Source: the human T2T-CHM13v2.0 reference genome, Homo sapiens. From it: 64,000 nt of DNA. Each line of letters opens with the position of its first letter. The first letter of the stretch is position 1. The DNA lies in the NCBI RefSeq assembly GCF_009914755.1, contig NC_060948.1. One strand, given 5' to 3'. This document shows, piece by piece, positions 42,691-56,986 of the stretch. A program made the translations under genes and the position numbers. Below the pieces are notes generated by a model, which saw only the letters and a program-made list of their open reading frames with translations, ran no database searches and was not told the origin of the DNA.

Positions 42691-45600
42691 AATGGAGTGG
42701 AATAGACTAGAGTGGAATGGAATGGACTGGAAAGCAATGGACTGGAATGGAACTTTCTTGAATGGACTGGAATCAAACGGAATGGAATGCAATGCAATCA
42801 AATGGCATGGAATAAAATAGAATGAAAGAGAATCAAATGGAATTGAATCGAATGGAATCGAATGGATTGGAAAGGAATAGAATGGAATGGAATGGAATTG
42901 ACTCGAATGGAATGGACTAGAATGGAATGGATTCGAATGGAAGGCAAAGGAATGGAATCTATTGGAATGGACTGTAATGGAATGGAATGGAAAGGATTGG
43001 AATGGACTCGAATGGAATGGACTGCAATAGAAAGGATTCGAATGGAATGAAAAAGAATTGAATGGAATAGAACAGAATGGAATCAAATCGAATGAAATGG
43101 AATGGAATAGAAAGGAATGGAATGAAATGGAATGGAAAGGATTCGAATGGAATGCAATCGAATGGAATGGAATCGAACGGAATGGAATAAAATGGAAGAA
43201 AACTGGCAAGAAATGGAATCGAAATGAATGGAGTGTTATGGAACGGACTCAAAAGGAATTGAATGTAATAGAATGGAGTGGAGTGGACTCGAATATAATG
43301 GAATGGAATGGAATGAAATCACAAGGAATGGGAACGAATGGAATGGAATGGAAAGGAATGGAATCGAATGGAAAGGAATCGAATGGAAGGGAATGAAATT
43401 GAATCAACAGGAATGGAAGGGAATAGAATAGACGGTAATGGAATGGACTCGAATAGAATGGACACGAATGCTCAAATTGAATGGACTCGAATGGAATGGA
43501 AACGAAAGGAATGTCATCGAATGGAATTGAATGGATTGGAATGAAATCGCATAGAATGGAGTGGAATCAAATGGAATTGAATCGAAAGGAAAGGAAGCGA
43601 ATGGACTGAAATGAAATGGAATGGAATTGAATGGAAAGTAATGCAATGGAATAGAATGGAACGAAATTTCACGGAATGGAATCAAACTGAATGGAATCAA
43701 ATCAATGGAATCAAATCAAATGGAATGGAAAGGAATTGAATGGAGTAGATTGGATTGGATGGGATTGGAATGAAATGTACTGGAAAGGACTCGAATTTCA
43801 TGAAACGGAATGGAATGAATTGGAACGGAATGGACTCGAATGGAATGGAATGTCATGGAATGGCATCAAATGGAATGGCATCAAATGGAATGGAATCGAA
43901 TGCAATGGAATGCTATGGAATGGAATGGAATGCATTGGAATGGAATGTCCTCTAATGGAATGGATTCGAGTGGAATGGAATCGAATATAATGGAGTCGAA
44001 TGAAATGGAATTGAAAGGAGTGGGATCGAATACAATGGAATATACTGGAATGTAATGTAATGAACTCGAATGTAATTGACTGGAATGGAATGTACATGAA
44101 TGGAATGTAATCGAATGGAAAGTAATCCAATGGAATAGAATCTAATGCAATAAAACCGACTCAGATAGAGTAGAATGTAATGGAATGGAGTGCAGTGCAA
44201 TGGAATGGAATGGAATGGAAGGCAATGGAATGGAATGGAATGGAATGGAATGGAATGGAATGGAATGGGATGGAATGGGATGGAATGGATAGTAATGGAC
44301 TGGAGTGAAATGGACTGGAAAGGAAAGGACTCAAATTGAAAGGGCTCGAAAGGAATGGAGTCAAATGGAATGGTCTGGAATGGAATGAACACGAATGTAA
44401 TGCAATCCAATAGAATGGAATCGAATGGCATGGAATATAAAGAAATGGAATCGAAGAGAATGGAAACAAATGGAATGGAATTGAATGGAATGGAATTGAA
44501 TGGAATGGGAACGAATGGAGTGAAATTGTATGCAGTAGAAGGGAATAGAATGGAATGCAAGCGAAAGGAAAGGAATGGATTGGAATGGAATGGAATTCAT
44601 TGGAATGGAAGGGAATGTAGTGTAATGGACAGGCCTGGAATAAAGTGGAATGCTACGGTCTCGAATGGAATAAAAATGTATGGAATGGAATGCAATGAAA
44701 CGGAATCGAATGTCATAGAATGTAATGGAATGCAACAAAATGGAATCCAAAATCATTGACTGGAAAGGCTGGGTGTCGAAAGGAATTGACTCCAATGGAA
44801 TGGAATCGAATGGAATGGAAGTGAATAGAATCGAACTAAATCGAATGGAATGGAATTGATAGGAACGGAATGGAAAGGAATGCAATGATTTGGCATGGAA
44901 TGGAATCGAATGGCATCGAATGGAATGGAATGGAATGCAATGGAATGGAATGTATTAGAATGTAATGAACTTTAATGGAATGTACTCGAATGGATTCGAC
45001 TGGAATGGAATGTTCTGGAAGTGAATGGACTCCAATGGAATGGATTCAAAAGGAATGGAATCGTACGGAATGGAATCTAATGGAATGGAATTAAATGGAA
45101 ATGAATCAAATTGAATAGCACGGAATTGAATTGAATGGAATGGAATGCAATGGAATCTAATGAAACGGAAAGGAAAGGAATGGAATGGAATGGAAAGGGC
45201 TGGAATGGAAAGGAATCGAAACGAATGGAATGGAATCGAACTGAAGAGACTGGAATGGAATGCACTGGAATGGAAGGGAGTGTAATGGAAGGTTCTCGAA
45301 AAAAATGGAATCGAATGGAATGGAATTGAATGGAACGGAATAGAGTCGAATGGAATTGAATGGAATGGAATGGACTAGAGTGAAATGGAATCGAACCACA
45401 AGGAATGGACAGGAATAGAATGGTCTCGAATTGAATGGAATCGTATGGAATGGCATCAAACGGAATGGAATGGACAGCCACGGAATGGAATGCACTCGAA
45501 TGCAATGGAGTCGAAACGTCGAAACTAATGGACTGGAATAGAATGGACTCGACTGGTACGGACTCCAATGGAATGGAATCGAATGGAAGGGAATCGAACG

Positions 45601-46262
45601 GAATGGACTCGAAGGGAAAAGACTGCAATGGAAAGGTCTCGAATGGAATGGAAATTAATGGAATGGAATGGAATCGAATGAAATGGAGTCAAAAGGAATG
45701 GAATCGAATGGCAAGAAATCGAATGTAATGGAATCGCAAGGAATTGATGTGAACGGAACGGAATGGAATGGAATCCAAAGGAATGGAATAGAATGGAATG
45801 GAATCGAATGGAAAGGACTCGAATGGCAATCACTCGAATAGAATGCAATTTAATAAAATAGGATCAAATGTAATGGAATGGAATGGAAAGGAATCGAAAC
45901 GAAAGGAATGGAGACAGATGGAATGGAATGGAACAGAGAGCAATGGTATAGAATGGAATGGAATCATCTGGAATGGAATTGAATGGAATGGAATAATATG
46001 AAATGGAATGGAATGGAATGGAATGGAATGCCCTTGAATTAAATGGACTGGAATGGAATGGACTCGAACAGAGTGGAATGGAAAGTGTTGAGATAGAATG
46101 GAATGGACTCCTTTGGAATGGTGTAGTATGCAATGCATTCGACTGGCAGGGAATCAAAAGGAATGTAATGGAATGGATTGGACTGGAATGCAATGGACTC
46201 GAATAGATTGGAAACGGAATGCAAAGGAATGGAATGGAATAGTATGGAATGGAATGGAAAGG
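42691..46262 (+). repeat. DYZ1 unit U13 (3572 bp)
   Basis: Anchor at 42691 and 46263; 8-bp tandem duplication at 45510-45525. Confidence 0.93.
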
Positions 46263-49200
46263 AATGGAGTGGAATAGACTAGAGTGGAATGGAATGGACT
46301 GGAAAGCAATGGACTGGAATGGAACTTTCTTGAATGGACTGGAATCAAACGGAATGGAATGCAATGCAATCAAATGGCATGGAATAAAATAGAATGAAAG
46401 AGAATCAAATGGAATTGAATCGAATGGAATCGAATGGATTGGAAAGGAATAGAATGGAATGGAATGGAATTGACTCGAATGGAATGGACTAGAATGGAAT
46501 GGATTCGAATGGAAGGCAAAGGAATGGAATCTATTGGAATGGACTGTAATGGAATGGAATGGAAAGGATTGGAATGGACTCGAATGGAATGGACTGCAAT
46601 AGAAAGGATTCGAATGGAATGAAAAAGAATTGAATGGAATAGAACAGAATGGAATCAAATCGAATGAAATGGAATGGAATAGAAAGGAATGGAATGAAAT
46701 GGAATGGAAAGGATTCGAATGGAATGCAATCGAATGGAATGGAATCGAACGGAATGGAATAAAATGGAAGAAAACTGGCAAGAAATGGAATCGAAATGAA
46801 TGGAGTGTTATGGAACGGACTCAAAAGGAATTGAATGTAATAGAATGGAGTGGAGTGGACTCGAATATAATGGAATGGAATGGAATGAAATCACAAGGAA
46901 TGGGAACGAATGGAATGGAATGGAAAGGAATGGAATCGAATGGAAAGGAATCGAATGGAAGGGAATGAAATTGAATCAACAGGAATGGAAGGGAATAGAA
47001 TAGACGGTAATGGAATGGACTCGAATAGAATGGACACGAATGCTCAAATTGAATGGACTCGAATGGAATGGAAACGAAAGGAATGTCATCGAATGGAATT
47101 GAATGGATTGGAATGAAATCGCATAGAATGGAGTGGAATCAAATGGAATTGAATCGAAAGGAAAGGAAGCGAATGGACTGAAATGAAATGGAATGGAATT
47201 GAATGGAAAGTAATGCAATGGAATAGAATGGAACGAAATTTCACGGAATGGAATCAAACTGAATGGAATCAAATCAATGGAATCAAATCAAATGGAATGG
47301 AAAGGAATTGAATGGAGTAGATTGGATTGGATGGGATTGGAATGAAATGTACTGGAAAGGACTCGAATTTCATGAAACGGAATGGAATGAATTGGAACGG
47401 AATGGACTCGAATGGAATGGAATGTCATGGAATGGCATCAAATGGAATGGCATCAAATGGAATGGAATCGAATGCAATGGAATGCTATGGAATGGAATGG
47501 AATGCATTGGAATGGAATGTCCTCTAATGGAATGGATTCGAGTGGAATGGAATCGAATATAATGGAGTCGAATGAAATGGAATTGAAAGGAGTGGGATCG
47601 AATACAATGGAATATACTGGAATGTAATGTAATGAACTCGAATGTAATTGACTGGAATGGAATGTACATGAATGGAATGTAATCGAATGGAAAGTAATCC
47701 AATGGAATAGAATCTAATGCAATAAAACCGACTCAGATAGAGTAGAATGTAATGGAATGGAGTGCAGTGCAATGGAATGGAATGGAATGGAAGGCAATGG
47801 AATGGAATGGAATGGAATGGAATGGAATGGAATGGAATGGGATGGAATGGGATGGAATGGATAGTAATGGACTGGAGTGAAATGGACTGGAAAGGAAAGG
47901 ACTCAAATTGAAAGGGCTCGAAAGGAATGGAGTCAAATGGAATGGTCTGGAATGGAATGAACACGAATGTAATGCAATCCAATAGAATGGAATCGAATGG
48001 CATGGAATATAAAGAAATGGAATCGAAGAGAATGGAAACAAATGGAATGGAATTGAATGGAATGGAATTGAATGGAATGGGAACGAATGGAGTGAAATTG
48101 TATGCAGTAGAAGGGAATAGAATGGAATGCAAGCGAAAGGAAAGGAATGGATTGGAATGGAATGGAATTCATTGGAATGGAAGGGAATGTAGTGTAATGG
48201 ACAGGCCTGGAATAAAGTGGAATGCTACGGTCTCGAATGGAATAAAAATGTATGGAATGGAATGCAATGAAACGGAATCGAATGTCATAGAATGTAATGG
48301 AATGCAACAAAATGGAATCCAAAATCATTGACTGGAAAGGCTGGGTGTCGAAAGGAATTGACTCCAATGGAATGGAATCGAATGGAATGGAAGTGAATAG
48401 AATCGAACTAAATCGAATGGAATGGAATTGATAGGAACGGAATGGAAAGGAATGCAATGATTTGGCATGGAATGGAATCGAATGGCATCGAATGGAATGG
48501 AATGGAATGCAATGGAATGGAATGTATTAGAATGTAATGAACTTTAATGGAATGTACTCGAATGGATTCGACTGGAATGGAATGTTCTGGAAGTGAATGG
48601 ACTCCAATGGAATGGATTCAAAAGGAATGGAATCGTACGGAATGGAATCTAATGGAATGGAATTAAATGGAAATGAATCAAATTGAATAGCACGGAATTG
48701 AATTGAATGGAATGGAATGCAATGGAATCTAATGAAACGGAAAGGAAAGGAATGGAATGGAATGGAAAGGGCTGGAATGGAAAGGAATCGAAACGAATGG
48801 AATGGAATCGAACTGAAGAGACTGGAATGGAATGCACTGGAATGGAAGGGAGTGTAATGGAAGGTTCTCGAAAAAAATGGAATCGAATGGAATGGAATTG
48901 AATGGAACGGAATAGAGTCGAATGGAATTGAATGGAATGGAATGGACTAGAGTGAAATGGAATCGAACCACAAGGAATGGACAGGAATAGAATGGTCTCG
49001 AATTGAATGGAATCGTATGGAATGGCATCAAACGGAATGGAATGGACAGCCACGGAATGGAATGCACTCGAATGCAATGGAGTCGAAACGTCGAAACTAA
49101 TGGACTGGAATAGAATGGACTCGACTGGTACGGACTCCAATGGAATGGAATCGAATGGAAGGGAATCGAACGGAATGGACTCGAAGGGAAAAGACTGCAA

Positions 49201-49834
49201 TGGAAAGGTCTCGAATGGAATGGAAATTAATGGAATGGAATGGAATCGAATGAAATGGAGTCAAAAGGAATGGAATCGAATGGCAAGAAATCGAATGTAA
49301 TGGAATCGCAAGGAATTGATGTGAACGGAACGGAATGGAATGGAATCCAAAGGAATGGAATAGAATGGAATGGAATCGAATGGAAAGGACTCGAATGGCA
49401 ATCACTCGAATAGAATGCAATTTAATAAAATAGGATCAAATGTAATGGAATGGAATGGAAAGGAATCGAAACGAAAGGAATGGAGACAGATGGAATGGAA
49501 TGGAACAGAGAGCAATGGTATAGAATGGAATGGAATCATCTGGAATGGAATTGAATGGAATGGAATAATATGAAATGGAATGGAATGGAATGGAATGGAA
49601 TGCCCTTGAATTAAATGGACTGGAATGGAATGGACTCGAACAGAGTGGAATGGAAAGTGTTGAGATAGAATGGAATGGACTCCTTTGGAATGGTGTAGTA
49701 TGCAATGCAATCGACTGGCAGGGAATCAAAAGAAATGTAATGGAATGGATTGGACTGGAATGCAATGGACTCGAATAGATTGGAAACGGAATGCAAAGGA
49801 ATGGAATGGAATAGTATGGAATGGAATGGAAAGG
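46263..49834 (+). repeat. DYZ1 unit U14 (3572 bp)
   Basis: Anchor at 46263 and 49835; same 8-bp duplication at 49082-49097. Confidence 0.93.
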
Positions 49835-52800
49835 AATGGAGTGGAATAGACTAGAGTGGAATGGAATGGACTGGAAAGCAATGGACTGGAATGGAACTTT
49901 CTTGAATGGACTGGAATCAAACGGAATGGAATGCAATGCAATCAAATGGCATGGAATAAAATAGAATGAAAGAGAATCAAATGGAATTGAATCGAATGGA
50001 ATCGAATGGATTGGAAAGGAATAGAATGGAATGGAATGGAATTGACTCGAATGGAATGGACTAGAATGGAATGGATTCGAATGGAAGGCAAAGGAATGGA
50101 ATCTATTGGAATGGACTGTAATGGAATGGAATGGAAAGGATTGGAATGGACTCGAATGGAATGGACTGCAATAGAAAGGATTCGAATGGAATGAAAAAGA
50201 ATTGAATGGAATAGAACAGAATGGAATCAAATCGAATGAAATGAAATGGAATAGAAAGGAATGGAATGAAATGGAATGGAAAGGATTCGAATGGAATGCA
50301 ATCGAATGGAATGGAATCGAACGGAATGGAATAAAATGGAAGAAAACTGGCAAGAAATGGAATCGAAATGAATGGAGTGTTATGGAACGGACTCAAAAGG
50401 AATTGAATGTAATAGAATGGAGTGGAGTGGACTCGAATATAATGGACTGGAATGGAATGAAATCACAAGGAATGGGAACGAATGGAATGGAATGGAAAGG
50501 AATGGAATCGAATGGAAAGGAATCGAATGGAAGGGAATGAAATTGAATCAACAGGAATGGAAGGGAATAGAATAGACGGTAATGGAATGGACTCGAATAG
50601 AATGGACACGAATGCTCAAATTGAATGGACTCGAATGGAATGGAAACGAAAGGAATGTCATCGAATGGAATTGAATGGATTGGAATGAAATCGCATAGAA
50701 TGGAGTGGAATCAAATGGAATTGAATCGAAAGGAAAGGAAGCGAATGGACTGAAATGAAATGGAATGGAATTGAATGGAAAGTAATGCAATGGAATAGAA
50801 TGGAACGAAATTTCACGGAATGGAATCAAACTGAATGGAATCAAATCAATGGAATCAAATCAAATGGAATGGAAAGGAATTGAATGGAGTAGATTGGATT
50901 GGATGGGATTGGAATGAAATGTACTGGAAAGGACTCGAATTTCATGAAACGGAATGGAATGAATTGGAACGGAATGGACTCGAATGGAATGGAATGTCAT
51001 GGAATGGCATCAAATGGAATGGCATCAAATGGAATGGAATCGAATGCAATGGAATGCTATGGAATGGAATGGAATGCATTGGAATGGAATGTCCTCTAAT
51101 GGAATGGATTCGAGTGGAATGGAATCGAATATAATGGAGTCGAATGAAATGGAATTGAAAGGAGTGGGATCGAATACAATGGAATATACTGGAATGTAAT
51201 GTAATGAACTCGAATGTAATTGACTGGAATGGAATGTACATGAATGGAATGTAATCGAATGGAAAGTAATCCAATGGAATAGAATCTAATGCAATAAAAC
51301 CGACTCAGATAGAGTAGAATGTAATGGAATGGAGTGCAGTGCAATGGAATGGAATGGAATGGAAGGCAATGGAATGGAATGGAATGGAATGGAATGGAAT
51401 GGAATGGAATGGAATGGGATGGAATGGGATGGAATGGATAGTAATGGACTGGAGTGAAATGGACTGGAAAGGAATGGACTCAAATTGAAAGGGCTCGAAA
51501 GGAATGGAGTCAAATGGAATGGTCTGGAATGGAATGAACACGAATGTAATGCAATCCAATAGAATGGAATCGAATGGCATGGAATATAAAGAAATGGAAT
51601 AGAAGAGAATGGAAACAAATGGAATGGAATTGAATGGAATGGAATTGAATGGAGTGGGAACGAATGGAGTGAAATTGTATGCAGTAGAAGGGAATAGAAT
51701 GGAATGCAAGCGAAAGGAAAGGAATGGATTGGAATGGAATGGAATTCATTGGAATGGAAGGGAATGTAGTGTAATGGACAGGCCTGGAATAAAGTGGAAT
51801 GCTACGGTCTCGAATGGAATAAAAATGTATGGAATGGAATGCAAAGAAACGGAATCGAATGTCATAGAATGTAATGGAATGCAACAAAATGGAATCCAAA
51901 ATCATTGACTGGAAAGGCTGGGTGTCGAAAGGAATTGACTCCAATGGAATGGAATCGAATGGAATGGAAGTGAATAGAATCGAACTAAATCGAATGGAAT
52001 GGAATTGATAGGAACGGAATGGAAAGGAATGCAATGATTTGGCATGGAATGGAATCGAATGGCATCGAATGGAATGGAATGGAATGCAATGGAATGGAAT
52101 GTATTAGAATGTAATGAACTTTAATGGAATGTACTCGAATGGATTCGACTGGAATGGAATGTTCTGGAAGTGAATGGACTCCAATGGAATGGATTCAAAA
52201 GGAATGGAATCGTACGGAATGGAATCTAATGGAATGGAATTAAATGGAAATGAATCAAATTGAATAGCACGGAATTGAATTGAATGGAATGGAATGCAAT
52301 GGAATCTAATGAAACGGAAAGGAAAGGAATGGAATGGAATGGAAAGGGCTGGAATGGAAAGGAATCGAAACGAATGGAATGGAATCGAACTGAAGAGACT
52401 GGAATGGAATGCACTGGAATGGAAGGGAGTGTAATGGAAGGTTCTCGAAAAAAATGGAATCGAATGGAATGGAATTGAATGGAACGGAATAGAGTCGAAT
52501 GGAATTGAATGGAATGGAATGGACTAGAGTGAAATGGAATCGAACCACAAGGAATGGACAGGAATAGAATGGTCTCGAATTGAATGGAATCGTATGGAAT
52601 GGCATCAAACGGAATGGAATGGACAGCCACGGAATGGAATGCACTCGAATGCAATGGAGTCGAAACTAATGGACTGGAATAGAATGGACTCGACTGGTAC
52701 GGACTCCAATGGAATGGAATCGAATGGAAGGGAATCGAACGGAATGGACTCGAAGGGAAAAGACTGCAATGGAAAGGTCTCGAATGGAATGGAAATTAAT

Positions 52801-53413
52801 GGAATGGAATGGAATCGAATGAAATGGAGTCAAAAGGAATGGAATCGAATGGCAAGAAATCGAATGTAATGGAATCGCAAGGAATTGATGTGAACGGAAC
52901 GGAATGGAATGGAATCCAAAGGAATGGAATAGAATGGAATGGAATCGAATGGAAAGGACTCGAATGGAAATCACTCGAATAGAATGCAATTTAATAAAAT
53001 AGGATCAAATGTAATGGAATGGAATGGAAAGATATCGAAACGAAAGGAATGGAGACAGATGGAATGGAATGGAACAGAGAGCAATGGTATAGAATGGAAT
53101 GGAATCATCTGGAATGGAATTGAATGGAATGGAATAATATGAAATGGAATGGAATGGAATGGAATGGAATGGAATGGAATGCCCTTGAATTAAATGGACT
53201 GGAATGGAATGGACTCGAACAGAGTGGAATGGAAAGTGTTGAGATAGAATGGAATGGACTCCTTTGGAATGGTGTAGTATGCAATGCAATCGACTGGCAG
53301 GGAATCAAAAGGAATGTAATCGAATGGATTGGACTGGAATGCAGTGGACTCGAATAGATTGGAAACGGAATGCAAAGGAATGGAATGGAATAGTATGGAA
53401 TGGAATGGAAAGG
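49835..53413 (+). repeat. DYZ1 unit U15 (3579 bp)
   Basis: Anchor at 49835 and 53414. Confidence 0.93.
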
Positions 53414-56400
53414 AATGGAGTGGAATAGACTAGAGTGGAATGGAATGGACTGGAAAGCAATGGACTGGAATGGAACTTTCTTGAATGGACTGGAATCAAA
53501 CGGAATGGAATGCAATGCAATCAAATGGCATGGAATAAAATAGAATGAAAGAGAATCAAATGGAATTGAATCGAATGGAATCGAATGGATTGGAAAGGAA
53601 TAGAATGGAATGGAATGGAATTGACTCAAATGGAATGGACTAGAATGGAATGGATTCGAATGGAAGGCAAAGGAATGGAATCTATTGGAATGGACTGTAA
53701 TGGAATGGAATGGAAGGGATTGGAATGGACTCGAATGGAATGGACTGCAATAGAAAGGATTCGAATGGAATGAAAAAGAATTGAATGGAATAGAACAGAA
53801 TGGAATCAAATCGAATGAAATGGAATGGAATAGAAAGGAATGGAATGAAATGGAATGGAAAGGATTCGAATGGAATGCAATCGAATGGAATGGAATCGAA
53901 CGGAATGGAATAAAATGGAAGAAAACTGGCAAGAAATGGAATCGAAATGAATGGAGTGTTATGGAACGGACTCAAAAGGAATTGAATGTAATAGAATGGA
54001 GTGGAGTGGACTCGAATATAATGGACTGGAATGGAATGAAATCACATGGAATGGGAACGAATGGAATGGAATGGAAAGGAATGGAATCGAATGGAAAGGA
54101 ATCGAATGGAAGGGAATGAAATTGAATCAACAGGAATGGAAGGGAATAGAATAGACGGTAATGGAATGGACTCGAATAGAATGGACACGAATGCTCAAAT
54201 TGAATGGACTCCAATGGAATGGAAACGAAAGGAATGTCATCGAATAGAATTGAATCGATTGGAATGAAATCGCAAGAATGGAGTGGAATCAAATGGAATT
54301 GAATCGAAAGGAAAGGAAGCGAATGGACTGAAATGAAATGGAATGGAATTGAATGGAAAGTAATGCAATGGAATAGAATGGAACGAAATTTCACGGAATG
54401 GAATCAAACTGAAAGGAATCAAATCAATGGAATCTAATCAAATGGAATGGAAGGGAATTGAATGGAGTAGATTGGATTGGATGGGATTGGAGTGAAATGT
54501 ACTGGAAAGGACTCGAATTTCATGAAACGGAATGGAATGAATTGGAACGGAATGGACTCGAATGGAATGGAATGTCATGGAATGGCATCAAATGGAATGG
54601 AATCAAATGGAATGGAATCGAATGCAATGGAATGCTATGGAATGGAATGGAATGCATTGGAATGGAATGTCCTCTAATGGAATGGATTCGAGTGGAATGG
54701 AATCGAATATAATGGAGTCGAATGAAATGGAATTGAAAGGAATGGGATCGAATACAATGGAATATGCTGGAATGTAATGTAATGAACTCGAATGTAATTG
54801 ACTGGAATGGAATGTACATGAATGGAATGTAATCGAATGGAAAGTAATCCAATGGAATAGAATCTAATGCAATAAAATCGACTCAGATAGAGTAGAATGT
54901 AATGGAATGGAGTGCAGTACAATGGAATGGAATGGAATGCAATGGAATGGAATGGAATGGAATGGAATGGGATGGAATGGGATGGAATGGTATGGAATGG
55001 ATAGTAATGGACTGGAGTGAAATGGACTGGAAAGGAATGGACTCAAATTGAAAGGGCTCGAAAGGAATGGAGTCAAATGGAATGGTCTGGAATGGAATGA
55101 ACACGAATGTAATGCAATCCAATAGAATGGAATCGAATGGCATGGAATATAAAGAAATGGAATCGAAGAGAATGGAAACAAATGGAATGGAATTGAATGG
55201 AATGGAATTGAATGGAATGGGAACGAATGGAGTGAAATTGTATGCAGTAGAAGGGAATAGAATGGAATGCAAGCGAAAGGAAAGGAATGGATTGGAATGG
55301 AATGGAATTCATTGGACTGGAAGGGAATGTAGTGTAATGGACAGGCCTGGAATAAAGTGGAATGCTACTGTCTCGAATGGAATAAAAATGTATGGAATGG
55401 AATGCAATGAAACGGAATCGAATGTCATAGAATGTAATGGAATGCAAAAAAATGGAATCCAAAATCATTGACTGGAAAGGCTGGGTGTCAAAAGGAATTG
55501 ACTCCAATGGAATGGAATCGAATGGAATGGAAGTGAATAGAATCGAACTAAATCGAATGGAATGGAATTGATAGGAACGGAATGGAAAGGAATGCAATGA
55601 ATTGGCATGGAATGGAATCGAATGGCATCGAATGGAATGGAATGGAATGCAATGGAATGGAATGTATTAGAATGTAATGAACTTTAATGGAATGTACTCG
55701 AATGGATTCGACTGGAATGGAATGTTCTGGAAGTGAATGGACTCCAATGGAATGGATTCAAAAGGAATGGAATCGTACGGAATGGAATCTAATGGAATGG
55801 AATTAAATGGAAATGAATCAAATTGAATAGCACGGAATTGAATTGAATGGAATGGAATGCAATGGAATCTAATGAAACGGAAAGGAAAGGAATGGAATGG
55901 AATGGAATGGGCTGGAATGGAAAGGAATCGAAACGAATGGAATGGAATCGAACTGAAGAGACTGGAATGGAATGCACTGGAATGGAAGAGAGTGTAATGG
56001 AAGGTTCTCGAAAAAAATGGAATCGAATGGAATGGAATTGAATGGAACGGAATAGAGTCGAATGGAATTGAATGGAATGGAATGGACTAGAGTGAAATGG
56101 AATCGAACCACAAGGAATGGACAGGAATAGAATGGTCTCGAATTGAATGGAATCGTATGGAATGGCATCAAACGGAATGGAATGGACAGCCACGGAATGG
56201 AATGCACTCGAATGCAATGGAGTCGAAACTAATGGACTGGAATAGAATGGACTCGACTGGTACGGACTCCAATGGAATGGAATCGAATGGAAGGGAATCA
56301 AACGGAATGGACTCGAAGGGAAAAGACTGCAATGGAAAGGTCTCGAATGGAATGGAAATTAATGGAATGGAATGGAATCGAATGAAATGGAGTCAAAAGG

Positions 56401-56986
56401 AATGGAATCGAATGGCAAGAAATCGAATGTAATGGAATCGCAAGGAATTGATGTGAACGGAACGGAATGGAATGGAATCCAAAGGAATGGAATAGAATGG
56501 AATGGAATCGAATGGAAAGGACTAGAATGGAAATCACTCGAATAGAATGCAATTTAATAAAATAGGATCAAATGTAATGGAATGGAATGGAAAGGAATCG
56601 AAACGAAAGGAATGGAGACAGATGGAATGGAATGGAACAGAGAGCAATGGTATAGAATGGAATGGAATCATCTGGAATGGAATTGAATGGAATGGAATAA
56701 TATGAAATGGAATGGAATGGAATGGAATGGAATGGAATGGAATGGAATGGAATGCCCTTGAATTAAATGGACTGGAATGGAATGGACTCGAACAGAGTGG
56801 AATGGAAAGTGTTGAGATAGAATGCAATGGACTCCTTCGGAATGGTCTAGTATGCAATGCAATCGACTGGCAGGGAATCAAAAGGAATGTAATCGAATGG
56901 ATTGGACTGGAATGCAGTGGACTCGAATAGATTGGAAACGGAATGCAAAGGAATGGAATGGAATAGTATGGAATGGAATGGAAAGG
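53414..56986 (+). repeat. DYZ1 unit U16 (3573 bp)
   Basis: Anchor at 53414 and 56987; CGCAAG deletion at 54271. Confidence 0.93.
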
